Assembly (NCBI GenBank): GCA_964599005.1
Contig: CAZRDU010000001.1
Location: 1-42,277 of the forward strand
Reading direction: 5' to 3'
DNA length: 42,277 nucleotides
DNA from: an uncultured Thermotogae bacterium
GTDB lineage: Bacteria > Bipolaricaulota > Bipolaricaulia > M55B111
The notes under the pieces were generated by a model. The model made no database searches. It saw only the letters and a program-made list of their open reading frames with translations, and was not told the DNA's origin. Shown piece by piece: positions 34,972-42,277 of this stretch (position 1 is its first letter; each line of letters opens with the position of its first letter). Both the position numbers and the translations under genes were made by a program.

Positions 34972-36248
34972 AGGTCAATCAATCCGACTTTCTCAAGGGC
35001 TTTTATTTCATTAGCACAATAATTAACCGGATCGCGTCGGTAAGCTCTCGGAATTTCGTTCCCATTGTAACCCAGGTCGGAGGAAAGTCGATATGTCTGG
35101 GATTTGTCCGCATTACTCGAACCTTCTCGAGACAGAATTCCCCTTTCAAGACAATAATTCAGATAAGACTCCCAGCGCTCCTTTACCCCCGACCTTTCGG
35201 ATAACCTGTTATCCATGTTAAACCCCTTCTTTTCAAAATCATTCAAATCCCTCACAACCAATTCATATATTTCATCGATTTTTATCTTTTCTTCCCCTGC
35301 ATCTGCCGCTTCGCCCAGCCAGTAACTCGCCACCTGTGACAGGTTTATCGTGGTCAAACGCAGTATTTCCTTTCTCAACTTACTGCTTCTTTCCCTGCGC
35401 TCTAACTCTTCCATCCCGGTCATTTCTTCTCCCACGTTAACAAATATTCGCGTCTTCCCTTTTTTCATAAAGTCGTAAGTTATATTGGTCGGCACAACCA
35501 CCACGTCCGGATCAGCTTCGTCTATCAGAATAAGTAAGCTATCCTTAAGCGGACCCAGCATGCCGTTATGGGAAAGGGTTCCTTCGGGAGTTATATAAAG
35601 AATTGCTCCATCATTTAATAACTCTACAAACTGACTCAGTTGATTTTTTACTGCTCCCAGTTTACTCTTCTTAACTGCCTTTCTAAATTGTGACCTGAAG
35701 TTCCGCGAATCGATTTTTTCCCGCGGATACCCTTCCTTCTCGAAAAATTCCGATATGGTCATTTCCGGATCACCTAAAGAAGAACCCTCAAATAGCTCCT
35801 GCAGCGCCTCTTCTTTAATGATTTCATTCAGTTCGTAGTCGTCGTCCCTTTCCTTTATTATCCTTAATGCATCGTGAACGGGAACGGAGTGAAAATCCAG
35901 CTTACCGATGGGGTAAGCGTTAAGCCACTGCAATATATGATTCAGTGAAACTGGCTGCAGAGCCTTTTTGAGCAACCTCGGCCCCTTTATCCAATTTCCG
36001 AGAAAGCCGGGCTGAAACAGGTTCTCATCCCCCATGAAGGAAATAGGTGTAGAGGGTCGGAGAAACCCCTCGTGGTAGTAGAAAACCGTTGCGATAAGGA
36101 CTGAATCAAGATCCCTCTTGTGATTTGCCACTATTAAGGAAGAGGGACTTTCCGAATAATTCTTCAGCCCATCAACCTGGAGGTCAAAATTTGGCTTTAT
36201 CCCGAGACGGAAAAAGATGCCGATAATATTATAGACTAACCAGCTCAT
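34968..36248 (-). CDS. Lysophospholipid acyltransferase (PlsC-like) family protein with an internal insertion and a long C-terminal extension
   Basis: HX4D motif at VANHKRDLDS and motif III at ITPEGT. About 100 residues separate the motif blocks, and about 150 further residues of unknown function follow. Total length 426 aa. Confidence 0.75.
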   Translation of the reverse strand: MSWLVYNIIGIFFRLGIKPNFDLQVDGLKNYSESPSSLIVANHKRDLDSVLIATVFYYHEGFLRPSTPISFMGDENLFQPGFLGNWIKGPRLLKKALQPVSLNHILQWLNAYPIGKLDFHSVPVHDALRIIKERDDDYELNEIIKEEALQELFEGSSLGDPEMTISEFFEKEGYPREKIDSRNFRSQFRKAVKKSKLGAVKNQLSQFVELLNDGAILYITPEGTLSHNGMLGPLKDSLLILIDEADPDVVVVPTNITYDFMKKGKTRIFVNVGEEMTGMEELERRERSSKLRKEILRLTTINLSQVASYWLGEAADAGEEKIKIDEIYELVVRDLNDFEKKGFNMDNRLSERSGVKERWESYLNYCLERGILSREGSSNADKSQTYRLSSDLGYNGNEIPRAYRRDPVNYCANEIKALEKVGLIDL

Positions 36249-36420
36249 CAGTGCCTTCGTTAACCTTCCTCTGATTGAAGTTCGTGGTCAATTGTTTATT
36301 TAATGTTCATATATTAGGAAGAAAATCACAAGTTGTTGAGTTTTCCCCCTTGGATCGCTAGTCTTTTATGCATAGCATATCAACCATATATAATTATAAC
36401 TGAAATGGGGATCGTGGGAT

Positions 36421-37428
36421 ATGAAATCTGTTTGCGTCTATGAAGATCCAACAATGTACGGAGTTCACGGCATCACAGCAGCAGTAAAACATCAGAAAAA
36501 GGCCCTGAGGGATAACGGCATAGAAGTAAAGGATAAACCCAGGGAACCTTATGACGTGATTCACATAAACTGGCCCGGGCCAGTTTCCTATTTGAAATTG
36601 AAACAGGCACAGCGCAGAGGAAAAATGGGGGTAGTTTTTGCTCATTCGGGCAAGGATATCGAAGGCGGGTTTACTCTTTCTAAATATCTGGAAAAGCCAT
36701 TCATTAAGTGGCTTTCTCGCTTGTACAATTCAGGGGATAGGGTAATTGCACCTTCCGATTACACGAAAGACATGATAGCCGATTTCGGCGTCGAAAGGGA
36801 AAAGACGCGCGTGGTAAGTAACGGGGTCAACCTGAAGAAGGTCGAATATTCTGAAGAGGGACGACAAAAATACAGAAATAAATATGGCCTCGACAACCCA
36901 ACAGTCATAGTGGTCGGACAGGTGATACCGCGAAAAGACATCAGCACTTTCGTAGAAGTTGCTCGGGAACTTCCTCAATACGATTTCATCTGGTACGGCC
37001 ACAGGATGAATAAGCTATTTATGTTCGATCAACAAATGGATAACGCGATAAAGAACTCTCCCGATAACGTTCAATTTACCGGCTACGTAGACGATATCAG
37101 CGCGGCCTTTTCTTCCGGCGACCTTTTCTTCTTTCCTTCGAAAGAGGAAAATGAAGGTATAGTGTTACTCGAAGCAGCCGCCAGAGGTTTACCTATCGTA
37201 ACACGAGATCTTCCTGCTTATAAAGGCTGGATGAAGGACGGGCATAATTGTTTAAAGGGGGATGGGAGAGATGAATTTGTTCACCTGGTCAAAAAGGCAA
37301 TGGAGGATAGGCAACTCAGGGAAAAACTCTCGGAAAACGCTGAGATAACGGCAAAAAACCACAGCCTTGAGAAGGTTGGCCAGCAGTACATTCGGATATA
37401 CGAAGAGTATTTATCCGCGGACAAGTAG
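36421..37428 (+). CDS. Family 4 glycosyltransferase (short, 335 aa), possibly a glycolipid (diglycosyl-diacylglycerol) synthase
   Basis: GT4 C-terminal signature FFFPSKEENEGIVLLEAAARGLPIVTRDLPAY (E-x7-E). The function is inferred only from size and neighbourhood. Confidence 0.8.
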   Translation: MKSVCVYEDPTMYGVHGITAAVKHQKKALRDNGIEVKDKPREPYDVIHINWPGPVSYLKLKQAQRRGKMGVVFAHSGKDIEGGFTLSKYLEKPFIKWLSRLYNSGDRVIAPSDYTKDMIADFGVEREKTRVVSNGVNLKKVEYSEEGRQKYRNKYGLDNPTVIVVGQVIPRKDISTFVEVARELPQYDFIWYGHRMNKLFMFDQQMDNAIKNSPDNVQFTGYVDDISAAFSSGDLFFFPSKEENEGIVLLEAAARGLPIVTRDLPAYKGWMKDGHNCLKGDGRDEFVHLVKKAMEDRQLREKLSENAEITAKNHSLEKVGQQYIRIYEEYLSADK

Positions 37429-37538
37429 TTGCCGGGGCTAGTTTTGCCCTCCAAACTTACCCCTGGCGCTTTAAGACTAATCGGTTAATTCACTCTATTC
37501 ATTATATTTCCCCCCAAGTACTTTTAGTGCCCTTGCAG

Positions 37539-37571
37539 GGGCTTGAAATTTAGCTTCCTACGGTTTACATT
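37539..37571 (+). promoter_or_regulatory. Promoter-like box 1 (GGGCTTGAAATT ... TACATT)
   Basis: TTGAAA (37543..37548), 17-nt spacer, TACATT (37566..37571). The 12-mer GGGCTTGAAATT recurs at 37686..37697. Confidence 0.3.
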
Positions 37572-37685
37572 TGCTAGCCTAAAAATTTCTATCCAATTTT
37601 AGTCCTACTATATTATCCCGATCCAATATAGACCCAACTAAATATTAAAGTTAAAAATTTATAAATAGTAAGTTTTTATATATTT

Positions 37686-37717
37686 GGGCTTGAAATTATA
37701 TTTTTCGCCTGTATACT
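37686..37717 (+). promoter_or_regulatory. Promoter-like box 2, the candidate promoter of the 42-codon ORF
   Basis: GGGCTTGAAATT with TTGAAA (37690..37695), 16-nt spacer, TATACT (37712..37717). It lies about 80 nt upstream of the ATG at 37799. Confidence 0.45.
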
Positions 37718-37798
37718 ATAACATATAGTTAAGTGTTTAACTGTAAGGCCAAGGTAAGTTAAACGGAATAGATTAAGTGCACCTGGAGGTGTATTACG

Positions 37799-37927
37799 AT
37801 GAAGAAAGACAAAAACACGGCAGCAAATTACTCGGCAATCAAGCAAATTTATCGTGAAAATTATCTGGAAGACGCTTCGCAAAGATTAAGAGAAGAGGCC
37901 GCGGAAGTGAAGGAAGATCGTTCTTAA
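37799..37927 (+). CDS. Unannotated small protein, 42 aa (MKKDKNTAANYSAIKQIYRENYLEDASQRLREEAAEVKEDRS)
   Basis: Not in the ORF track because it is too short. GGAGGTG lies 7 nt upstream of the ATG. A promoter-like box lies upstream and a perfect terminator hairpin lies 35 nt downstream. The predicted protein is hydrophilic and looks helical. No family recognised. Confidence 0.45.
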   Translation: MKKDKNTAANYSAIKQIYRENYLEDASQRLREEAAEVKEDRS

Positions 37928-37962
37928 TCAGTAGGATAAATATAGATTTCAAAAATATACCG

Positions 37963-37998
37963 GGAAGAAGCCCATGGGCTTCTTCCTTTTTATTTTTT
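37963..37998. terminator. Bidirectional intrinsic terminator shared by the small ORF and the convergent GT4 gene
   Basis: Perfect 24-nt palindrome GGAAGAAGCCCATGGGCTTCTTCC (37963..37986), followed by TTTTTATTTTTT. AAAAATATACC lies on the other side. Confidence 0.75.
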
Positions 37999-39159
37999 CT
38001 CCCCCAGAACTTCCTGATAACTGTTCAGAAGTTTTCTTGCCATGGTTTTCGCGGAAAATTTCCGGGCAACCTCTATGGCTTCATCGCTTTTTTTTCTCAA
38101 AGTCTTCGGGTCGTTCAGGAGCTCCAGCACTTTTTCGCTAAAGACTCCAACCTCTTCCCCTACGAGGTAACCCCCTTTGTCGTTTTGCAGCACGTCCCGT
38201 ACCCCGGGGGCATCAACCGCTACCACCGGTGTTCTCGCGGCCATGGCCTCGGCAATAACCAGTCCCTGAGTTTCGGTTAGCGAAGCGAAAAGGAATAAAT
38301 CCGCTTCCCGATAATACTCCGCAAGGACCTCCTCATCCTCGACGTAGCCCGTAAAGTGAATCGTCCGGGAGGCATTCATCTTGCTAACTCTGGAGAGAAC
38401 CTTACCTAAACCCCTACCGCCACCGACTATAACGAAATGAACGGCGGAAAATTTCCGGGAAATTCGTTTGAATGCATCCAGAAGGAAACTAATGTTTTTC
38501 TCACTGCCCACTCGCCCTACGTAAAGTAAGATCTTTTCATCTTCCCCTATCCCAAATTGTTCCCTTAACTTTCTGGGTGCTTCAGCCTTCTCCTGATAAA
38601 CCTCAAGATCAATCCCGGTTGGCAAAACCTGTATCGGAGGCTCCAGGCTGTAGGTACTTAAAAGTTTTTTCATATCCGGCGAAGGAACAAATAGCTTTTC
38701 CCCGTTTTTCGTCTCTCTTGACGTATAGATCCTTGTCACGGCCCGAGAAAGGTTATCCGGGACTCCGGGAACGTAATGACGAATATAACGTTCCAGATTT
38801 GTATGATATGTAAAGAATAGGGGGATCCCATAAAAACCGGCCACCCAGCGAGCGGGCGTGCTCATGATAGTAGGCAGGTGAATATGGACGATATCGAGGT
38901 CCGAGAACTTACCGCGAAACACCCTGGCGGCCTGAAAAGGGTCAGTCAGGCGAAAATCTTTTAACAAGGGGCTGTAATAAGAGGACACCCTGTGTACGTT
39001 TTTCTCATCCGTGTTACCCATGTCCTCTTCTGGATATTCAGGGCAGAAAACGTGAACTTCCTCGCCCAATTTTTCCAGTTGATGAGAAAAATTGACTACT
39101 GAAGTGGTAACTCCACCCGGTGCAGGCAGATATGCCCCCGTAACGAAGCCTATTTTCAT
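37990..39159 (-). CDS. Family 4 glycosyltransferase (389 aa), resembling 1,2-diacylglycerol 3-glucosyltransferase-type glycolipid synthases
   Basis: The N-terminus MKIGFVTGAYLPAPGGVTTSVVNFSHQLEKLGEEVHVF is typical of GT4. The C-terminal ETQGLVIAEAMAARTPVVAVDAPGVRDVL carries the E-x7-E motif. The specific acceptor is an inference. Confidence 0.8.
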   Translation of the reverse strand: MKIGFVTGAYLPAPGGVTTSVVNFSHQLEKLGEEVHVFCPEYPEEDMGNTDEKNVHRVSSYYSPLLKDFRLTDPFQAARVFRGKFSDLDIVHIHLPTIMSTPARWVAGFYGIPLFFTYHTNLERYIRHYVPGVPDNLSRAVTRIYTSRETKNGEKLFVPSPDMKKLLSTYSLEPPIQVLPTGIDLEVYQEKAEAPRKLREQFGIGEDEKILLYVGRVGSEKNISFLLDAFKRISRKFSAVHFVIVGGGRGLGKVLSRVSKMNASRTIHFTGYVEDEEVLAEYYREADLFLFASLTETQGLVIAEAMAARTPVVAVDAPGVRDVLQNDKGGYLVGEEVGVFSEKVLELLNDPKTLRKKSDEAIEVARKFSAKTMARKLLNSYQEVLGEKK

Positions 39160-39480
39160 TTCGCTCCTTTTTATGACTTTGCATTATTGTTACAACCTAC
39201 AACCATTAAATTCAACCTAACCATAATGAGCCCTTCCGAGAAACGAAAATAATATCAATCGAATCGCACCTAAGTTCGCTATGTGAAACCAGTCAAGTAT
39301 CCTGCTTAAAACCCCCTGATTTCTCAACCTAATATTACGCTTTCCATTTAATTGTTTCTATAATTACTCTTTATAAAACTATATATGTAAAATGTCCTAC
39401 AAAGCCACGATTCTACTTGCTACTTCCTGACAACGTCATTAAGTTCAGAACCCTCCCTAATCCAATCAGTAATAGCTTTT

Positions 39481-39509
39481 TTGAACTTTTCAATCAGGCG
39501 AAGTATAAT
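39481..39509 (+). promoter_or_regulatory. Candidate promoter of the S1-protein / oxidoreductase operon
   Basis: TTGAAC (39481..39486), 17-nt spacer, TATAAT (39504..39509). It lies about 57 nt upstream of the ATG at 39567. Confidence 0.5.
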
Positions 39510-39566
39510 AATTTAGTGGAATAATATGTCTTAAATTCAACCGTAAAATAAAGCGGCGGTGGTATT

Positions 39567-39986
39567 ATGGATATTCGCGTTGGTGAAAAGGTCTCAGGTG
39601 TTATCAAAGAAATAAAGGACGAAGGTTACACAGTCGCTCTTTGTAACGATATAACTGGTTTTGCCCCCAATGACAACCTGGCTAACGATCTCGAAGCTTC
39701 CGATATCAGCAAAGGATCAGAGGTCAAGGTGAGGGTAGAAGAAGAATCCGACGAAGAGGTCTTTCAACTCACAGTAACTAAATTATTCCCAAAAGATAAA
39801 TTCCAGACCAAACCGGACAAATACCTGAAAAACGTGACTCACGAAAAAAACAACGGAGGTGATGACTCCAGGAAACCGGGTATAGCCGACCAGTTTGAGG
39901 AATGGTTATCAGAAGTCGATAGATCGCTCGATGAAATAAATGAACACCGCAAAGAAAGGTTAAACAGGGATTTTTGGACCATATAA
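39567..39986 (+). CDS. S1 RNA-binding domain-containing protein (139 aa)
   Basis: The N-terminus IRVGEKVSGVIKEIKDEGYTVALCNDITGFAPNDNL......GSEVKVRV fits the S1/OB pattern. The C-terminal half is charged and of unknown function. Confidence 0.65.
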   Translation: MDIRVGEKVSGVIKEIKDEGYTVALCNDITGFAPNDNLANDLEASDISKGSEVKVRVEEESDEEVFQLTVTKLFPKDKFQTKPDKYLKNVTHEKNNGGDDSRKPGIADQFEEWLSEVDRSLDEINEHRKERLNRDFWTI

Positions 39987-40007
39987 TCGGCATTGAGGAG
40001 GGGTATT

Positions 40008-40235
40008 ATGCCGAGGGGTAAGGTAGAAATCGACGCTGAAAGATGCAAAGGGTGTGGGCTCTGTATAGAGGCCTGTCCACAGAACGTCCTCTCTTTATCC
40101 GATGATTTTAACTCCAGCGGGTATAACTATGCCAAAGCCGAAAAACCCGAAGATTGCATAGGCTGTGGTTTTTGCGGCAAAGTCTGTCCGGACGTGGCTA
40201 TAACTGTCTATAAGCAGCAAAAGGAGGGAGTCTGA
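40008..40235 (+). CDS. korD: 2-oxoacid:ferredoxin oxidoreductase delta subunit (2x[4Fe-4S] ferredoxin)
   Basis: Two CxxCxxCxxxCP motifs (CKGCGLCIEACP and CIGCGFCGKVCP). The ATG at 40008 has GAGGAGGGG upstream; the ORF track starts at the TTG at 39993. The stop overlaps the next start (TGATG). Substrate (2-oxoglutarate versus another 2-oxoacid) cannot be determined from sequence. Confidence 0.8.
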   Translation: MPRGKVEIDAERCKGCGLCIEACPQNVLSLSDDFNSSGYNYAKAEKPEDCIGCGFCGKVCPDVAITVYKQQKEGV

Positions 40236-41290
40236 TGGGCGACAAAAAATTAATGCGGGGTAACGAAGCTATCGCCGAAGCAGCAATCAGGGCCGGTTGC
40301 AGAAATTATTTCGCCTACCCGATAACTCCCCAGGCGGAGCTTTTACAATGGATGGCAACCCACATGCCAGAAAAGGAAGACGGAACTTTTCTCCAGGCTG
40401 AAAGCGAAATAGGGGCAATAAGTATGGTTTACGGAGCGGCTTCCGCCGGCGAAAGAACCATGACTTCTTCAAGCAGTCCGGGAATAAGTTTGAAACAGGA
40501 AGGGATATCGTATCTGGCAGGAGCAGAATTGCCTTCAGTAATCGTAAACATCATGCGTGGCGGTCCCGGTCTGGGCAATATTCAGCCGGCTCAGGGAGAT
40601 TATTTCCAGGCTACAAAGGGTGGTGGACACGGTGATTATCGCTTGATAGTTCTTGCTCCCTCCACTGTACCCGAGGCCGCCGAACTGACCTACGAAGCCT
40701 TTAACCTCGCCGATAAATATAGAAATCCAGTAGTCGTGCTGGCAGACGGGATGATCGGCCAGATGATGGAACCGGTGAATTTACCATCCCCGGTCGATAA
40801 AAGTGATATTCCGGAAAAGCCCTGGGCAACTACGGGGACAAATGGAGGGGACCCGAATGTAATCAGGAGCTTCGCTCTGGGCGCCGAAAAGCTCGAGTCG
40901 ATCAATAGAGACCTCCAGGACAAGTACGACCGAATAAAAAGTCAGGAAACCAGATTCGAAGAAATCGATGCAGATGACCCTGACATCTTACTGGTGGCTT
41001 TCGGCACCGTAGCAAGGATCGCCAGATCCGCCAGGAGGCTTGGGAAAAAGGCCGGAATAAATATCGGAATCTTTCGGCCAGTTACCGTCTGGCCCTTTCC
41101 GGGCGACCGTCTGGCCAGGTTGAGCGAAAAAGTAGATACTGTATTAACGGTGGAAATGAACGCGGGCCAGATGGTCGAAGATGTGAGGTTATCCGTCCAT
41201 TCAAAAGTTAATACGCCGTTTTACGGAAAACAGGGAGGGGTTGTGCCGACCCCTGAAGGTATCCTTGAGGAGGTCAAAAAACATGTCTGA
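40235..41290 (+). CDS. korA: 2-oxoacid:ferredoxin oxidoreductase alpha subunit
   Basis: LMRGNEAIAEAAIRAGCRNYFAYPITPQAELLQWMA......FLQAESEIGAISMVYGAASAGERTMTSSSSPGISL is canonical. The delta-alpha-beta-gamma gene order matches OorDABC/KorDABC-type operons. Confidence 0.88.
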   Translation: MGDKKLMRGNEAIAEAAIRAGCRNYFAYPITPQAELLQWMATHMPEKEDGTFLQAESEIGAISMVYGAASAGERTMTSSSSPGISLKQEGISYLAGAELPSVIVNIMRGGPGLGNIQPAQGDYFQATKGGGHGDYRLIVLAPSTVPEAAELTYEAFNLADKYRNPVVVLADGMIGQMMEPVNLPSPVDKSDIPEKPWATTGTNGGDPNVIRSFALGAEKLESINRDLQDKYDRIKSQETRFEEIDADDPDILLVAFGTVARIARSARRLGKKAGINIGIFRPVTVWPFPGDRLARLSEKVDTVLTVEMNAGQMVEDVRLSVHSKVNTPFYGKQGGVVPTPEGILEEVKKHV

Positions 41291-42056
41291 AAAGGCCGTA
41301 GCTGAGAATACTGCCAGCATGAAAAAGGTATTCGAAAGGCCGGATAGTTTGAACGACGAGAAATTCAGTTACTGTCCCGGCTGTCATCACGGTGTTATAA
41401 ACAGGTTGATCGCCGAGGCAATCGACGAACTCGGGATTCAGGACTCCACAGTAGGCACTGCCCCGGTCGGATGCTCCGTCTTTCTCTATAAATGGTTCGA
41501 TATCGACGTTATTCAGCCAGCTCATGGAAGGGTCTCCGCGGTTGCTACCGGGGTAAAACGAGCCAGACCTGATCTAACGGTTTTTGCCTACCAGGGAGAC
41601 GGTGATTTTGCCTCCATCGGCACTAACAATTCGACTCATGCCGCCAACAGGGGCGAAAATATTACCGTTTTCTTCATCAACAATACTCTTTACGGGATGA
41701 CCGGCGGGGAGATGGCTCCGACTACCCTGATCGATCAAAAAACAACTACGACCCCGAAAGGTAGGAAGGCAAAGGATTTTGGCCCCCCGATCAAGATGTC
41801 GGAAATGCTTTCGGAACTGGATGGCCCAGCTTATATTACCCGCCAGGCTGTATACGACGTTAAACGAATCGAGCAGGCGAAGTCCGCGATAAAGAAGGCA
41901 TTTAAAATTCAAATGGCGGATGATGGTTATGCACTGGTAGAGCTTCTTTCCGCCTGTCCGATAAACTGGGGCATGGATCCGACGGAAGCTAACGAAAGAA
42001 TCAAGACAGAAGTCGAAGAAGTCTATCCCCTCGGGGACATAATAGATAGGACTTAA
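41283..42056 (+). CDS. korB: 2-oxoacid:ferredoxin oxidoreductase beta subunit (TPP-binding)
   Basis: YCPGCHHGVINRLIAEAI...GCS...QGDGDFASIGTN..THAANRGENITVFFINN.LYGMTGG is the TPP/[4Fe-4S] signature. The ATG at 41283 (GGAGGT upstream) overlaps the korA stop by 8 nt. The ORF track starts at 41241. Confidence 0.88.
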   Translation: MSEKAVAENTASMKKVFERPDSLNDEKFSYCPGCHHGVINRLIAEAIDELGIQDSTVGTAPVGCSVFLYKWFDIDVIQPAHGRVSAVATGVKRARPDLTVFAYQGDGDFASIGTNNSTHAANRGENITVFFINNTLYGMTGGEMAPTTLIDQKTTTTPKGRKAKDFGPPIKMSEMLSELDGPAYITRQAVYDVKRIEQAKSAIKKAFKIQMADDGYALVELLSACPINWGMDPTEANERIKTEVEEVYPLGDIIDRT

Positions 42057-42067
42057 CGGTGATAACA

Positions 42068-42277
42068 ATGGAAGAATACTCGACCGTTGTTTCGGGTTTT
42101 GGAGGTCAGGGGGTTATTCTAACGGGAAAAATCATCGCCCGTTCCGGTATGGAAGAAGGGCTGGAAGTTACCTGGCTGCCCTCTTACGGACCGGAAATGC
42201 GAGGTGGAACGGCAAACTGCACGGCTATAATATCGTCAGACTTAATCGGCTCGCCCGTGGTAAACAAGCCTTCATCT
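42068..42277 (+). CDS. korC: 2-oxoacid:ferredoxin oxidoreductase gamma subunit; the 3' end runs off the right edge of the window
   Basis: Not in the ORF track because it has no stop in the window. Hand translation gives [65 protein letters not shown], the canonical gamma-subunit N-terminus. Confidence 0.85.
   Translation, partial: MEEYSTVVSGFGGQGVILTGKIIARSGMEEGLEVTWLPSYGPEMRGGTANCTAIISSDLIGSPVVNKPSS

Noticed and set aside
37676-37882. 68-aa minus-strand ORF in the GT4-GT4 gap
   Set aside because: It has no SD and runs antisense across the better-supported 42-codon plus-strand ORF and its promoter. The predicted product is a hydrophobic, Cys-rich, random-looking sequence.
41574-42068. 164-aa ORF antisense to korB
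   Set aside because: The sense strand has the TPP-binding GDG...NN signature, and the antisense ORF has no features.
1-42277. Mobile elements, prophage remnants, tRNA/rRNA genes, CRISPR arrays
   Set aside because: I scanned both strands and all intergenic gaps above 150 bp by eye. I found no transposase, integrase or recombinase-like ORF, no long terminal inverted or direct repeats, no tRNA-like T-arm (GGTTCGAATCC-type) sequence, and no regularly spaced identical repeats. A tRNAscan, Infernal or ISfinder run would be needed for certainty.

Overview
This is a 42.3-kb chromosomal segment from a bacterium. Evidence for that: strong GGAGG-type Shine-Dalgarno sites, and rpsO-pnp, rpsI, rpmE, rsmA, recD2 and livGFHM. 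It is probably an anaerobe (rubrerythrin, four-subunit 2-oxoacid:ferredoxin oxidoreductase). The proteins look conspicuously acidic by eye, which suggests a halophile, but no taxon can be assigned from sequence alone. I count about 41 tightly packed protein-coding genes. I found no rRNA, tRNA, CRISPR array, transposase, integrase or recognisable defence gene. Two edge genes missing from the ORF track were recovered by hand: a Tat-signal DUF362 protein (1..680, minus) and the oxidoreductase gamma subunit (42068..42277). Gene content is mostly housekeeping: aldo/keto reductase, rubrerythrin, an 8-bladed beta-propeller, a GNAT operon, an MFS-GT2-2x alkaline-phosphatase-superfamily cluster, mtaD-rpsO-pnp-M16 peptidase, a beta-helix surface protein, recD2-pncC, DUF72, proC, a LIV-type importer, a second PF04392-type ABC importer, DUF1385-rpmE-rpsI-rsmA, a PlsC-like acyltransferase with two GT4 glycosyltransferases, and an S1 protein followed by the korDABC-like operon. 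I did not find a convincing self-contained novel multi-gene system and do not want to oversell one. The best leads are: (1) an unannotated regulatory leader upstream of the second ABC importer, with a promoter, a 31-codon Tyr/Trp-rich upstream ORF, two hairpins and an intrinsic terminator; (2) the uncharacterised MFS/GT2/tandem AlkP-paralog cluster; (3) a four-gene operon made of two orphan acidic proteins, a GNAT and a DUF192-like protein; (4) lineage-specific oddities in translation/RNA-decay proteins (PNPase with two S1 domains, L31 with a polyacidic tail, rpsI without rplM); (5) an unannotated 42-codon gene with its own promoter, RBS and terminator. All promoter, terminator and fold calls were made by eye and need computation or experiment.
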